Source: a virus (Duplodnaviria; Heunggongvirae; Uroviricota; Caudoviricetes). From it: a stretch of DNA of 47,224 nt. Numbering within the stretch: the first letter of the stretch is position 1; every line of letters starts with the position of its first letter. A program made the translations under genes and the position numbers. Under the pieces are notes generated by a model. It did not search any database and was not told the DNA's origin. It saw nothing but the letters and a program-made list of their open reading frames with translations. The DNA lies in IMG/VR virus record IMGVR_UViG_2778261507_000009, positions 1-47,224 of that record. One strand, given 5' to 3'. Below, one piece after another: positions 29,172 through 40,797 of the stretch.

Positions 29172-29613
29172 TCTCGTTCTAAAGGCTTTACGAAAAGCCG
29201 GGCTGTATTCCAATGCCACGTTGACAGATGCTGACCCTCAGGCAATTGAAGATGCCATTAATGACCTCGAAGACATGATGGCAGCATGGCAGGCGAAAGG
29301 TATCGAGCTTGGATATCAGTTTGCTGATACAGAAAACGGCATCATGCCGTTACCTGACGATGATTCAGGTATCCCTGCATGGGCAAATGATGGCGTCGCT
29401 TTGAAACTCGCTGTGCAAGTGTGCATGGATAACGTCATTCAGCCGTCGGATGCTCTCCTTACCGCTGCTGACAGCGCATATCAGACAATCTGCATCGCTT
29501 TAACCAAAATACCACCACTTGAGCGGCGAAATGACATGCCTCGCGGTAGTGGTAACAAAAGCGCGTTTACGTGGAATCGGTTTTACATCGAGAAAGATGA
29601 TCCGAGTACGTGA
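29152..29613 (+). CDS. Head completion / tail accessory factor gp4-like
   Basis: 153-aa ORF; KTKGDLVLKALRKAG resembles P22 gp4 N-terminus. Confidence 0.7.
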   Translation: MAKTKGDLVLKALRKAGLYSNATLTDADPQAIEDAINDLEDMMAAWQAKGIELGYQFADTENGIMPLPDDDSGIPAWANDGVALKLAVQVCMDNVIQPSDALLTAADSAYQTICIALTKIPPLERRNDMPRGSGNKSAFTWNRFYIEKDDPST

Positions 29614-29622
29614 GGTGAATAA

Positions 29623-31041
29623 ATGCCGATTCAGCAACTTCCGCTTATGAAAGGTGTCGGCAAAGACTTTCGAAACGCCGACTATATCGACTATCTGCCA
29701 GTGAATATGCTGGCTACACCCAAAGAAATCCTCAACAGCAGCGGATATCTTCGCTCATTCCCGGGCATTGCCAAACGTTCTGATGTGAACGGTGTATCTC
29801 GCGGCGTCGAGTACAACATGGCGCAAAGTGCTGTTTATCGCGTGTGTGGTGGCAAGCTCTACAAAGGAGAAAGTGAAGTCGGCGATGTTGCCGGAAGTGG
29901 TCGCGTATCAATGGCACACGGTAGGACATCACAGGCAGTAGGCGTTAATGGTCAACTGGTCGAGTATCGCTATGATGGCACGGTTAAAACCGTCTCAAAC
30001 TGGCCTACAGACAGCGGATTCACACAGTACGAGTTAGGTTCAGTTCGCGACATTACGCGCTTACGTGGGCGTTATGCGTGGTCAAAAGACGGAACTGATT
30101 CATGGTTTATCACTGACCTTGAAGACGAATCGCATCCTGACCGCTACAGCGCACAATATCGCGCAGAATCGCAGCCGGACGGCATCATCGGTATCGGCAC
30201 ATGGCGAGACTTCATCGTCTGCTTTGGTTCATCGACGATTGAATATTTCTCCCTGACGGGTGCAACCACCGTTGGTGCTGCTTTGTATGTCGCACAGCCA
30301 TCTCTTATGGTGCAGAAAGGCATTGCCGGAACTTACTGCAAAACGCCATTCGCTGATTCTTATGCGTTCATCAGCAATCCGGCAACAGGTGCGCCGTCTG
30401 TATACATCATCGTCTCCGGTCAGGTATCACCAATCGCCAGCGCGAGCATTGAGAAAATTCTTCGCTCCTACACTGCTGATGAACTGGCTGATGGCGTGAT
30501 GGAATCGTTGCGCTTTGATGCGCATGAGTTGCTGATTATCCACCTTCCTCGCCATGTTCTCGTGTACGACGCATCTTCAAGCGCCAATGGTCCGCAATGG
30601 TGTGTACTGAAAACTGGCTTGTATGACGATGTGTACCGCGCTATCGACTTCATTTACGAAGGCAATCAGATAACGTGCGGCGATAAGCTGGAATCGGTTA
30701 CCGGCAAATTGCAGTTCGATATCAGCAGCCAGTACGACAAGCAACAGGAACACCTGCTGTTTACTCCACTCTTCAAAGCGGATAACGCCAGATGCTTCGA
30801 TCTGGAGGTGGAATCATCCACTGGTGTTGCGCAGTACGCCGACAGCCTGTTCCTCTCGGCAACCACTGATGGCATAAATTACGGTCGTGAGCAGATGATT
30901 GAGCAGAATGAACCGTTCGTTTACGACAAACGCGTTTTGTGGAAGAAAGTAGGGCGCATCAGGAAAAATGTCGGCTTCAAATTGCGCGTTATCACGAAGT
31001 CACCTGTCACTCTGTCTGGCTGCCAGATAAGGATTGAGTAA
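29623..31041 (+). CDS. Tail accessory factor gp10-like
   Basis: 472-aa ORF, same length and position as P22 gp10. Confidence 0.7.
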   Translation: MPIQQLPLMKGVGKDFRNADYIDYLPVNMLATPKEILNSSGYLRSFPGIAKRSDVNGVSRGVEYNMAQSAVYRVCGGKLYKGESEVGDVAGSGRVSMAHGRTSQAVGVNGQLVEYRYDGTVKTVSNWPTDSGFTQYELGSVRDITRLRGRYAWSKDGTDSWFITDLEDESHPDRYSAQYRAESQPDGIIGIGTWRDFIVCFGSSTIEYFSLTGATTVGAALYVAQPSLMVQKGIAGTYCKTPFADSYAFISNPATGAPSVYIIVSGQVSPIASASIEKILRSYTADELADGVMESLRFDAHELLIIHLPRHVLVYDASSSANGPQWCVLKTGLYDDVYRAIDFIYEGNQITCGDKLESVTGKLQFDISSQYDKQQEHLLFTPLFKADNARCFDLEVESSTGVAQYADSLFLSATTDGINYGREQMIEQNEPFVYDKRVLWKKVGRIRKNVGFKLRVITKSPVTLSGCQIRIE

Positions 31042-31889
31042 TGGCGGATTCGAATCTCAATGTGCCGGTAATCATCCAGGCTACACGGCTCGACACATCA
31101 GTCCTTCCACGCAATATCTTCTCGCAGTCGTATCTGCTTTACGTTATCGCACAGGGTACTGATGTTGGTAACGTGGCTAACAAGGCCAACGAGGCCGGAC
31201 AGGGCGCTTATGATGCACAAGTCAGGAACGATGAGCAGGATGTGATTCTCGCTGACCATGAGCAGAGAATTTCTGCTGCGGAAGCAACGCTTGTTAATCA
31301 TGAGGAGCGAATCAGCCAGGCAGAATCAACTCTTCAGGATCATGAAACGCGAATCGCTCAGAATGAAAGCGATATTGCGTCGCTTGATACCAGAGTTCAG
31401 TCGCTGGAATCGCAGGTTTCAGACCATGAAACGCGCATTGATGCTCTGGAGTATGCCACTACTCGCAAGAAGTCAGAGGTTGTTTACTCTGGCGTATCTG
31501 TAACCATCCCGACAGCGCCGACCAACCTTGTTAGCCTGCTGAAAACGCTCACGCCGTCATCCGGCACGTTGGCACCATTCTTCGACACCGTTAACAACAA
31601 GATGGTTGTGCTCAACGAGAACAAAACCTTGTTCTTCAAGCTGTCGATCGTCGGTACGTGGCCCAGCGGAACCACCAACAGGTCAATGCAGCTAACCTTT
31701 TCCGGCTCTGTTCCTGACACACTGGTCAGCAGTCGTAATGCGGCGACAACAACCGACAACATCCTGTTAGCTACGTTCTTCAGCGTGGATAAAGACGGCT
31801 TTCTTGCCACAAATGGCAGCACGTTAACCATTCAGTCTAATGGTGCGGCGTTTACTGCCACAACCATCAAAATCATTGCGGAGCAGTGA
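31041..31889 (+). CDS. Tail needle protein gp26-like with C-terminal knob domain
   Basis: N-terminal 60 aa match P22 gp26 as recalled; heptad repeats; C-terminal extension like Sf6-type needle knob. Confidence 0.8.
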   Translation: MADSNLNVPVIIQATRLDTSVLPRNIFSQSYLLYVIAQGTDVGNVANKANEAGQGAYDAQVRNDEQDVILADHEQRISAAEATLVNHEERISQAESTLQDHETRIAQNESDIASLDTRVQSLESQVSDHETRIDALEYATTRKKSEVVYSGVSVTIPTAPTNLVSLLKTLTPSSGTLAPFFDTVNNKMVVLNENKTLFFKLSIVGTWPSGTTNRSMQLTFSGSVPDTLVSSRNAATTTDNILLATFFSVDKDGFLATNGSTLTIQSNGAAFTATTIKIIAEQ

Positions 31890-32368
31890 TGGAAATAAAG
31901 CTCATCGATAATCCGGTGAAGCTTGCAGAATTCCTCAACAACCCGGCAAACACGGGAAATATCGTAGACAGTGGAGATAAATACTACATCAAGCCTGATG
32001 CGGTATACCTCGGCATCTACGAAGGACTGATGCTGGTCGGAGTGCATGAAGTGCGTAACTTCTGGCATAGCGTTGTTGAATGCCATGCGGTGTACGACCC
32101 CGGATTCCGTGGCGAATATGCACTGCAAGGGCATCGATTATTCTGCAAATGGCTTCTCGAAAACTCACCATTCCTTAACAGCATCACTATGGTTCCTGAC
32201 ACCACGAAATACGGACGATCAATTATCCGTTTGCTTGGCGCTACCCGTGTTGGTCACCTTGATGATGCTTATAGCAGCAATGGAAAGCCTGTAGGCATCA
32301 CGATTTATCAGTTACCGCGCTCAAAATACGAGGAGCTAAAGAATGTTAATTTTCCAGATTGCCAATAA
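31886..32368 (+). CDS. Head assembly protein gp14-like
   Basis: 160-aa ORF at the gp14 position. Confidence 0.5.
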   Translation: MMEIKLIDNPVKLAEFLNNPANTGNIVDSGDKYYIKPDAVYLGIYEGLMLVGVHEVRNFWHSVVECHAVYDPGFRGEYALQGHRLFCKWLLENSPFLNSITMVPDTTKYGRSIIRLLGATRVGHLDDAYSSNGKPVGITIYQLPRSKYEELKNVNFPDCQ

Positions 32369-33017
32369 GCACCTCAGCAAAGCTGTGTACTGCAAAGGTG
32401 GCAGTGATGGCGGCTCAAAAGCCCAGGCACGCGCAACTGAAAAGGGTATCGAACTGCAGCGTGAAATGTGGCAAACGAACATGCAGAACCTTGCACCGTT
32501 CACGCCACTCGCTCAGCAGTATGTATCACAGTTGCAGAATCTTTCCTCACTTCAGGGGCAAGGGCAGGCACTTAACCAGTATTACAACTCCCAGCAGTAC
32601 AAAGACCTTGCAGGGCAGGCTCGTTACCAGAGTCTGGCGGCAGCAGAGGCAACGGGTGGATTAGGCTCTACAGCAACAGGAAACCAGTTAGCAGCAATCG
32701 CACCTACACTCGGTCAAAACTGGCTGTCAGGTCAGATGAACAACTACAACAATCTGGCAAATATCGGCCTTGGTGCTCTTACAGGTCAGGCAAATGCCGG
32801 ACAGAACTACGCTAACAACGTCAGCCAATTGTATCAACAGCAGGCGGCAGCATCTGCGGCTAATGCTAACCGACCATCAGGACTGCAATCAGCCTTGGGA
32901 GGTGCCATGAGCGGTGCGGCATCAGGGGCGATGATTGGCTCTGTGGTGCCAGGAATAGGTACGGCTGTTGGCGCTATTGGTGGCGGCATTATCGGTGGTC
33001 TTGGATCATTGTTTTAA
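32343..33017 (+). CDS. Ejection (internal virion) protein gp7-like
   Basis: 224-aa Gln/Ala-rich ORF with Gly-rich C-terminus. Confidence 0.55.
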   Translation: MLIFQIANKHLSKAVYCKGGSDGGSKAQARATEKGIELQREMWQTNMQNLAPFTPLAQQYVSQLQNLSSLQGQGQALNQYYNSQQYKDLAGQARYQSLAAAEATGGLGSTATGNQLAAIAPTLGQNWLSGQMNNYNNLANIGLGALTGQANAGQNYANNVSQLYQQQAAASAANANRPSGLQSALGGAMSGAASGAMIGSVVPGIGTAVGAIGGGIIGGLGSLF

Positions 33018-33026
33018 GGTGGGAAT

Positions 33027-34328
33027 ATGGCTACTTGGCAACAAGGAATCAACTCAGGCGGTTTTCTTGCTGGTATCGGTGGACAAAACTCAAATGCGCC
33101 AAAGGCAAGTGATGTAAGTGAGGCGTTGGCCTATATTCGCCAGAACAACGAAATGGAGCGTTCAGGTCGCAATAACATCGGCCTTCAGGCGTTGCAGGGA
33201 CTTGGTAGTGTCGCTCAAACATATCAAGCTGCAAAGCAACAGGAAGCGGATGCTGCATTCCAAAAAGAATATGCGGCAGCCATCCAGTCAGGTGATCGAC
33301 AGCAGGTGCGAGATCTGATGACCAAATACCCTGGTCAATTAGAGAAGATTCAGTCTGGTATGAAGTGGGCAGACGAAGACCAGCGCAATTCTATCGGCAC
33401 CTTAGCGGCTGGCGCACGCCTTGCGGCCTCGTCTCCAGAAGCAATGCAATCATGGCTGCAAAACAACGCCAAGGAACTGGCGCGCGTCGGTGTTGACCCT
33501 AACAGCGTTGCTCAGATGTATCAGCAGAATCCTTCAGGATTTGGTGAGTTTGTTGATCACCTTGGGATGGCTGCTCTTGGTCCGATTGATTACTTCAATG
33601 TTCAGGACAAGATGGATGGTCGTGAAATTGACCGAGGCAGGCTGGCAGAGACAATCCGTAGCAATCAGGCTGGAGAAGCACTAACAGCGCGTGGTCAGGA
33701 CATCCAGATACGTGGACAGAACATCAGCGCACAGAATGCTGCTCTTTCCCGCGAAATACAAAGAGCAGAATTACAAGAAAAGGCTCTTGACAGACAGATA
33801 GCCAGAGAAAGCAATCAGTTAAAGCTTGAAGAGCTAAAGCAGAAACAGGCAGATGTTCGGCAAAAGGCTGAAATAGCCCGCGCTGACAGACAGGCCGCCG
33901 CTCAGGGCGCTGTTGATACGTTCAGCACTGCGCTTGATTCTCTCAACGAGATAGAGCAAAGCCCCGGCCTTTCAAAAGCAGTAGGCATTCGCTCAGCGTT
34001 TCCGACAGTTCCTGGATCTGATGCGGCTAACTTTGAAGCAAGACTCGACACCTTTAAAGCTCAAACTTTCCTCCCTATGGTGCAGTCCCTGAAGGGTATG
34101 GGTGCTCTTTCAGATGCTGAGGGTAAAAAATTATCCGATGCGGTTGGTGCCCTAAGTCCCAAAATGAGTGAAAAGGCTTTTCGTGACTCTATCGGAAAGA
34201 TTAGAAATCAGCTTGAAAGCAAGTTGAGCACTGTTAAAAAACAGTTTGATTATCAGGAGCCGGTGCAGAATATGCCAGGGCAACAATCTACTACTGGCAG
34301 TAACTTTTCTTCACTATGGGGTGATTAA
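33027..34328 (+). CDS. Ejection protein gp20-like
   Basis: 433-aa ORF, position and composition. Confidence 0.55.
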   Translation: MATWQQGINSGGFLAGIGGQNSNAPKASDVSEALAYIRQNNEMERSGRNNIGLQALQGLGSVAQTYQAAKQQEADAAFQKEYAAAIQSGDRQQVRDLMTKYPGQLEKIQSGMKWADEDQRNSIGTLAAGARLAASSPEAMQSWLQNNAKELARVGVDPNSVAQMYQQNPSGFGEFVDHLGMAALGPIDYFNVQDKMDGREIDRGRLAETIRSNQAGEALTARGQDIQIRGQNISAQNAALSREIQRAELQEKALDRQIARESNQLKLEELKQKQADVRQKAEIARADRQAAAQGAVDTFSTALDSLNEIEQSPGLSKAVGIRSAFPTVPGSDAANFEARLDTFKAQTFLPMVQSLKGMGALSDAEGKKLSDAVGALSPKMSEKAFRDSIGKIRNQLESKLSTVKKQFDYQEPVQNMPGQQSTTGSNFSSLWGD

Positions 34329-36607
34329 TGGCTAAAGCATGGAAAGATGTTATCGCCTCTCCACAGTATCAGGCGTTAGCACCAGAACAAAAAGCGCAGG
34401 CTCAGGAACAATACTTCAATGAAGTCGTGGCCCCGCAAGCCGGAGAAAATGCAGAGCAGGCAAAACAAGCGTTTTACTCTGCTTACCCTAGAGGTCTGCT
34501 AGAGAAGGGTAATATTGACATTCACAATCGGCCTGTTGTTAAAAACTCTGATGGCAGCATTAGCACTGTGCGGAGCATGTCTACCAATATAGATGGTAGA
34601 GAGGTGCTGATTCCTACCGTTAGTGATGATGGTCGCATTATGTCTGATGATGAAGCTATTGATAACTTCATGAGGACGGGAAAGCATCTTGGTATGTTCG
34701 ACAATCCTGACGATGCCACTGCATATGCGGAGAGTCTGCACAACCAGCAAGCTGATGAATACCTCCCTAGGAAGAATCAAGCTACACAACAGCCTGTACA
34801 GCAAAGTACACAGGCAGCGCCACAGCAGCAAGGAGGTTTCATTTCCGACCTTGGCAATGCCGCGGCTGAAACTGGTCGCGGACTGGTGCAGGCTGGCGTG
34901 AACGTGGCAAACATACCTGCATCAGTTGCCGATGCTGTAACAAGTGCGGCTGCATGGGCTGGCGGTAAACTCGGTATTGGTGATGGTACATATCAACCAG
35001 CGCCACGAGTAACAACGCAGGGATTAGAGCAGGACTTTGGCCTTCAGCAAGGCGCGCTGACTCCACAAACGACAGAGGGAAGGGTATTTGCTGAAGCATT
35101 GCCTTACCTCACTCCTGCTGGCGTTGAGAGAGCAGCAACACAGGCACCAACACTTGCTGGTCGAATTGCTCAGGGGGCAACACGACTTCTCGCAGAAAAC
35201 GCAGTTGGATCACTTGCTGCAAATAGTGCGAAAGATGATGCGGAAGCACTCGCCACCGATTTAGGCGTTGGTGTGCTGGCTGGCGGTGCTATTAACGCTG
35301 CCGGACGTGGATTAGGTGCTGCTTATCGTGGTGTTCGTGGTTCGATAGCACCAGAAGCGCAACAGGCTATCAGATTTGCAGAGCGTGAAGGAGTTCCTCT
35401 GCACACCACAGACCTGTTACAACCCACTTCCCGCGTCGGAAAAATGGCGCAGACTACAGCAGAAAATATCCCTCTGGCTGGCACAAGCGGAATGAGAGCA
35501 ACGCAACAGGAAGCGAGAAGCCAGTTGGTGCAGAGATTTGCTGATAAATTCGGTGAGTATGATCCAGCGGTTGTTATTGACAGCCTTAAAGCGAAAACAT
35601 CAGGAATTCGTCGTGCTGCAGGGAACCGTCTTGAGCAGGTTCAGAATGCAATGGCGGGAGTCAATATCAAGCCTGCGCGAGCAATTCAGCAGATTGATAC
35701 TGAGATATCTAATCTGCAGAAGCTTGGTAAGGTAGCTGATAACGAGACAATTTCAAAACTTCAGTCATATCGTGATGAGCTTGTTCGCAATGCCGGCCCT
35801 GATGGTCCGGTAAATCTGGATTTGAAGCAATTAAGCGACCTGCGCAGCCAGTTCAGAATGGACGTGAAGGGTGAGCGACCAGTGTTACCAAACCGTTCCG
35901 ATGCTGCCATTCAGCGCGTTTACAAGGCAATGACTGACGATATCAATGGCGCCATTGGTCAGAATCTTGGCAATGATACTCTTCGTAAATATCAGCAGGC
36001 CAATGCCGTCTACGCTGACGAAGCGGCGAAACTAAAGAATACCAGGCTGAAGAATGTTCTCATGAAAGGCGACCTGACGCCGGAAGTTGTCAACAACATG
36101 CTATTCAGCAAGAACAAATCGGAAATTAAGACGCTGTATAACTCAGTTGGTCGTGTTGGCAGGGCGCAAATGCGCAATGGCATCATTGGAAAGGCGATGG
36201 AGAAATCTGGCGGATCCCCTGACCAGTTCCTTCGGCAGCTTAACATCCTGCAAAACCAGACTGGCATCACATTTAAAGGTCAGGAAGCCGCTTATCTGAA
36301 AGGATTGAAAAACTACCTGCAATCCACGCAGCAGGCTGCAAAAGCAGCAGTAACAACACCAACAGGGCAGCAAACCATCCCGTTCATTATCGGGTATGGG
36401 ACGGCAATGAACCCGGCGACAACTGGCGCAGCGGTAAGCTACGGACTTCTTACTCGCGCCTATGAAAGCGAGCCATTCAGAAATGCAATGCTCCGAATGG
36501 CAAACACCCCACGCGGATCAACAGCCTTTGAGAAAGCAATGCAGCAGGCACAAAAGGCAATTAACGCTCTGACGCAGGGGGCTAAGTCTGATGCGTTGTC
36601 AGAATAG
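34328..36607 (+). CDS. Ejection / DNA transfer protein gp16-like
   Basis: 759-aa ORF, last gene of the structural operon before the immI-like region. Confidence 0.55.
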   Translation: MAKAWKDVIASPQYQALAPEQKAQAQEQYFNEVVAPQAGENAEQAKQAFYSAYPRGLLEKGNIDIHNRPVVKNSDGSISTVRSMSTNIDGREVLIPTVSDDGRIMSDDEAIDNFMRTGKHLGMFDNPDDATAYAESLHNQQADEYLPRKNQATQQPVQQSTQAAPQQQGGFISDLGNAAAETGRGLVQAGVNVANIPASVADAVTSAAAWAGGKLGIGDGTYQPAPRVTTQGLEQDFGLQQGALTPQTTEGRVFAEALPYLTPAGVERAATQAPTLAGRIAQGATRLLAENAVGSLAANSAKDDAEALATDLGVGVLAGGAINAAGRGLGAAYRGVRGSIAPEAQQAIRFAEREGVPLHTTDLLQPTSRVGKMAQTTAENIPLAGTSGMRATQQEARSQLVQRFADKFGEYDPAVVIDSLKAKTSGIRRAAGNRLEQVQNAMAGVNIKPARAIQQIDTEISNLQKLGKVADNETISKLQSYRDELVRNAGPDGPVNLDLKQLSDLRSQFRMDVKGERPVLPNRSDAAIQRVYKAMTDDINGAIGQNLGNDTLRKYQQANAVYADEAAKLKNTRLKNVLMKGDLTPEVVNNMLFSKNKSEIKTLYNSVGRVGRAQMRNGIIGKAMEKSGGSPDQFLRQLNILQNQTGITFKGQEAAYLKGLKNYLQSTQQAAKAAVTTPTGQQTIPFIIGYGTAMNPATTGAAVSYGLLTRAYESEPFRNAMLRMANTPRGSTAFEKAMQQAQKAINALTQGAKSDALSE

Positions 36608-36697
36608 CTTTTCAAACACCAGGAACGTGCAAAAACCAAATATGTAGAACGCGAGGTTTATCGTACCACTCTGCATAGGCGATACCTTTGCTGATTG

Positions 36698-37183
36698 TTA
36701 TCTGATGTTACTGCTACTGTTGCATGTGACTGTATTTCCAAACCCTGAATTGCAGTTTGTGTAAGTGTCAACTCGTGTTGGATAGGGTTGAGTTATAACA
36801 GGCTGTCTCGCTTTTTGCTCGATCGCTTGCATTGTGTTTACAGCCTGATAATTCAATAAAGCCTGCTGGAATGCTTGGCTTTGTGCTATTTGTTGGGCTT
36901 GTTCTTGGCTTTGTAATTGAACATAAAGATTCTGAAGCTCAAGCCTTGCCTGTGCGTCACTTATCTTGCCTTCATCGACACCTTGCCCGAGCATCTTCGC
37001 AGCAAGGACATACAGCTTAGGTGTTGGTGCTGATGCCATGCGTGAGTCGTTCTTCACACTGGCATCAAGGCAATTAGCCATATCGCTAAGCTTTTGATAG
37101 CGTTGTTCGCAACTTGCTTGATAGTCACTTACTTTTGCGCATCCAACCAGTAGAAGCGGGATAATTAACAGTGATTTTTTCAT
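36698..37183 (-). CDS. Lipoprotein moron (possible exclusion or conversion factor)
   Basis: 161-aa ORF with AAGGAG RBS; signal peptide and lipobox LLVGC; opposite strand to flanking structural genes. Confidence 0.6.
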   Translation of the reverse strand: MKKSLLIIPLLLVGCAKVSDYQASCEQRYQKLSDMANCLDASVKNDSRMASAPTPKLYVLAAKMLGQGVDEGKISDAQARLELQNLYVQLQSQEQAQQIAQSQAFQQALLNYQAVNTMQAIEQKARQPVITQPYPTRVDTYTNCNSGFGNTVTCNSSSNIR

Positions 37184-37252
37184 ATGGTTAACTCTCCTTA
37201 GTTTTTCACAGGATATCATGAAGGCAATGACTTTTATCCGGAAACTAGATTT

Positions 37253-37519
37253 CTATGTTTCCTTTTTATTATTGCTATACATGGTCTTAAGCGTTTCAAA
37301 AACCATTTTCTTAACCATATCAGATTGTTGTTCTGCCATACGCTCTGCATCGTCAATGTAAACGGATGCAGAGCTTTGTTTAGCCAATGATTCTTCAATC
37401 GCTGCAATTATCTCTGAGTTCAGCGACCTGTTATTCATCTTCGCACGCTGTTTAATCTTCGCGTGGAGTTCATGCGGAAGTCTCAAGTGAAACTGCGCCT
37501 CGTCGTATTTGCTGTACAT
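37253..37519 (-). CDS. mnt: Mnt-like ribbon-helix-helix repressor
   Basis: 88-aa ORF; NNRSLNSEIIAAIEESL and C-terminal AERMAEQQSDMVKKMVFETLK closely resemble P22 Mnt as recalled. Confidence 0.75.
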   Translation of the reverse strand: MYSKYDEAQFHLRLPHELHAKIKQRAKMNNRSLNSEIIAAIEESLAKQSSASVYIDDAERMAEQQSDMVKKMVFETLKTMYSNNKKET

Positions 37520-37640
37520 CCTTGATGCCTCACCAGTTGGGTGGAATGGCATCGTAACCTACTGGATAAATACTCAATAGTACCATTTCGGTATGCAATC
37601 ACATCATGGTTGCATCATATCATTCGTCTGGAGCAATGAA

Positions 37641-39446
37641 ATGTCAGATATCACCGCAAATGTTGTGGTAAGCATGCCTTCGCAACTCTTCACTATGGCT
37701 CGTTCTTTTAAAGCCGTAGCCAATGGCAAAATTTATATTGGTAAAATTGACACTGACCCTGTAAATCCTGAAAACCAGATTCAGGTTTATGTAGAGAACG
37801 AAGACGGCTCTCACGTTCCTGTATCGCAACCAATCATCATTAACGCTGCTGGATATCCGGTATATAACGGACAGATTGCCAAGTTCGTAACTGTACAGGG
37901 CCATTCTATGGCTGTTTATGATGCGTATGGTGCACAGCAGTTTTATTTTCCTAATGTGCTGAAGTATGACCCTGATCAGTTTGGTCCAGACTTCAAAGAG
38001 CAGTTATCTCAATCAGGGGAATACATTAATGATGATTCAAAAGGTGATGCATTAATTGGCGTAAGACAGCCCGTTGCCGGGTCGGTAGCTATCACACAGC
38101 ATGATAAAAACGCACAAATAATCAACTTAAAAGATTTTGGTGCTAAGTGCGATGGTGTAACTGATGACACAGTGGCAATTCAGGCTGCTGTAGCTGCTGC
38201 GCATACTGGTGTCCGTATAGTTCAACCTGCAGGGGTTTGCCTTACATCTCAGCCGTTGTCATTCACTAGTCCTGCATTTTGGTATGGAGATGATGGCGCT
38301 CGCATTAAGCTCATTAGTGGCAGTCATGACTATGTTATGGAAATTGATCTTCGCGGGCCTAGTGGTTCGTTCTGGGGTTATGGGTCACATATTGAAAACA
38401 TTATCTTTGATGGTGGTGGTCACGCAAAAGATGGCCTTTCATTGCGTGGTGTTATCGGAGGTATATTCAAAAATATTCGTGGGACAAATATATCAAGGGC
38501 CGCTATTCATGAATGGTGGACCCAACTTTGCCACTATGAAAATATTCAATGCAGTAATAATATTGAAGCATTCCAAACAACCCCTGTTCACGGAATCTTA
38601 TCTGATTGTGAGTTTGGAACTGGTAATGATCGTGGGTCTTCTGCAAATACTTACATGAATACCACTATTGAACATACCTCTGGTAGTGGGATTTGTGGGG
38701 TGTTTATGTCTAATTGTACATTTATAAATGGCACATCAGAAGGTAACGATATTGGCATTGAGTTTGGTCACGCTACTGATGATAGAAACCAATCAGTTGG
38801 GAATTCAGTTATTGGTATGGATCTTGAGGTTAATTCTTTAACTGATGTGTTATTACATAAAACAACATATGCAAATGACTTTATTGGTCTAAAAGCTGGT
38901 TATTCATCTCCAGCCATTCAGGTGCAAGGCTCATATGCTAATAGCTTTATTGGTGGAGTAAGCAGTGGTATAGATTTTGACTCATCATCGCATGATAATA
39001 AAGTAATAGGTATGAATCTTTTAGGCAACGATTCTATCATCGTAGATAATGGATCAAGAAATTCATATGAGAATATTTTCAATATTTCATCTGGAGCTAA
39101 AAAAGAAAGCACTAACCCTTATCCATCGCGTAGCAACAATATAATTTCATCAAATGGTACTGTGCAAATTAACCCATTTTTATCATCATACTGTGTTGTG
39201 TCGGCTGCTGGTTCACCAATTAATGTTACGTCTGTAGCAAAAAGATTAGACGGTGCGACTATTGATATGACTATTCATAACATTTCTGGATCTGATGAAT
39301 TAATAGTAAACTGGTCTTCTGACTTCAGAGTTTCTGGATGGACAAGCCCGGCAACAGGGCGCCACCGGTCTATAAGATTTGCTTATGATGCAAACTACGG
39401 ATACTGGACTGCTATATCTATGAGTCAGTCAGATATTCTGAACTAA
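37641..39446 (+). CDS. Tailspike protein: P22-type head-binding N-domain fused to a pectate-lyase-like beta-helix receptor domain
   Basis: N-terminal 120 aa match P22 gp9 as recalled; remainder has beta-helix repeats and is AT-rich. Confidence 0.85.
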   Translation: MSDITANVVVSMPSQLFTMARSFKAVANGKIYIGKIDTDPVNPENQIQVYVENEDGSHVPVSQPIIINAAGYPVYNGQIAKFVTVQGHSMAVYDAYGAQQFYFPNVLKYDPDQFGPDFKEQLSQSGEYINDDSKGDALIGVRQPVAGSVAITQHDKNAQIINLKDFGAKCDGVTDDTVAIQAAVAAAHTGVRIVQPAGVCLTSQPLSFTSPAFWYGDDGARIKLISGSHDYVMEIDLRGPSGSFWGYGSHIENIIFDGGGHAKDGLSLRGVIGGIFKNIRGTNISRAAIHEWWTQLCHYENIQCSNNIEAFQTTPVHGILSDCEFGTGNDRGSSANTYMNTTIEHTSGSGICGVFMSNCTFINGTSEGNDIGIEFGHATDDRNQSVGNSVIGMDLEVNSLTDVLLHKTTYANDFIGLKAGYSSPAIQVQGSYANSFIGGVSSGIDFDSSSHDNKVIGMNLLGNDSIIVDNGSRNSYENIFNISSGAKKESTNPYPSRSNNIISSNGTVQINPFLSSYCVVSAAGSPINVTSVAKRLDGATIDMTIHNISGSDELIVNWSSDFRVSGWTSPATGRHRSIRFAYDANYGYWTAISMSQSDILN

Positions 39447-39467
39447 GATTTATGCTGTGGGGGGGGG

Positions 39468-40586
39468 TTATTCCCCCTGTTTTACTTTCCTCATATCCAC
39501 CAGTTTACCAGGGATGCTCATAAATATCCTATTTCTAATCTTGTTAGTAAGTATCACTTCAATATATTTATGCGAAAGAAATGCAATAAAAATTGATAAA
39601 ATTAGTAAAATAGTGAACCCGTATACATTGTGCATCACACCTGGATTATTAGCCTCAACCTGCCATGAAATGTAACTACCTACCTGGTTATGAAGCAGAT
39701 ACCATGAGAAGGAAATATCACCAAGCATTACAAAAAATGATGGTGTAATTTTTGTTATAACTTCATCATTTATTACGAACGCCACTAAGAGGAAGTATGC
39801 AATGATGCCTGTCTTTAAATTATAACCTTCAATAGAACCATTGAAGACTGCAGTCATAAAAATTAATGCCGATATAGCAGTGAATGAGTATTTTAATCTA
39901 TTGCTCCATGATTTTGCTGAACGCACTGTGTGCCCAGCAAGGATGCCTAAAGCAAATTCAATTACTATCGGATTTGTTAAAAAGCTAAGTTCTGGAGTAC
40001 CAGTTTTATAACCTGAAGTGGATAATGTTACATTTCCAGTCAACATATATCCTACAAGGATAGTTGTCATTATCCATACGACTATGCCAGAGGTTCTTTT
40101 ATTGAATAATAAACAAAGTGCGAATACAAGATAGAAGTATAATTCATAGTTAAGCGTCCATCTAATAACAAATATACCACCAGCATCAACATACAAAGGA
40201 GGGTACGCATCCGTAAAAGGAGAGAATGTTAAAGCACTCAGTAAATTTTCCACCTTAGCTTGGTCAACGAAGATTCCAACTTCCCATGTAAAGTAGAAAG
40301 CTGTAAAGAGAGCAATAAAATATGTAGGAAAAATCCTTGTGAGTCTTTCTACGGAAAAGAATATAGCAGACTTTATACCAGATGGCTTACGGCTAGTGAT
40401 ATGCATCATAATAAAACCACTTATTACGAAGAACAAATCAACACCAGCAGAACCCCAAGATAAATATTTATTAGGGATAGTTAAATCTCCATACAATGGT
40501 GATAACCAAAATCTGTAGTGAAAAAGAACTACAGACAATGCAGCTAATCCTCTAAGTATCTGTACTGAGCTAAGTTTATTGTTCAT
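39468..40586 (-). CDS. Acyltransferase family 3 membrane protein (O-antigen acetylase Oac-like)
   Basis: 372-aa multi-TM ORF, AT-rich; N-terminal RGLAALSVVLFH motif typical of acyltransferase_3; between tailspike and int as oac is in Sf6. Confidence 0.75.
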   Translation of the reverse strand: MNNKLSSVQILRGLAALSVVLFHYRFWLSPLYGDLTIPNKYLSWGSAGVDLFFVISGFIMMHITSRKPSGIKSAIFFSVERLTRIFPTYFIALFTAFYFTWEVGIFVDQAKVENLLSALTFSPFTDAYPPLYVDAGGIFVIRWTLNYELYFYLVFALCLLFNKRTSGIVVWIMTTILVGYMLTGNVTLSTSGYKTGTPELSFLTNPIVIEFALGILAGHTVRSAKSWSNRLKYSFTAISALIFMTAVFNGSIEGYNLKTGIIAYFLLVAFVINDEVITKITPSFFVMLGDISFSWYLLHNQVGSYISWQVEANNPGVMHNVYGFTILLILSIFIAFLSHKYIEVILTNKIRNRIFMSIPGKLVDMRKVKQGE

Positions 40587-40797
40587 TATTAAACCGATCA
40601 CTTTCTGTAAATGTCATTCACATGATTATGCGATAAAACCCATAGTAATCCATTATAAATTTTTCTATATGAAACATAAGAAAAATTCACTGAGTTGTTG
40701 AATTGATACATCTCATCTTTCAACGACAATGTCTACAAAACACACAAAGCTTTGCACTGGATTGCAATGATTTGTGTCATTCGATAGTTAATGTGGA

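Noticed and set aside
39457-39675. 72-aa plus-strand ORF
   Set aside because: Overlaps the 3' end of the acyltransferase gene on the opposite strand; hydrophobic mirror-frame artefact.
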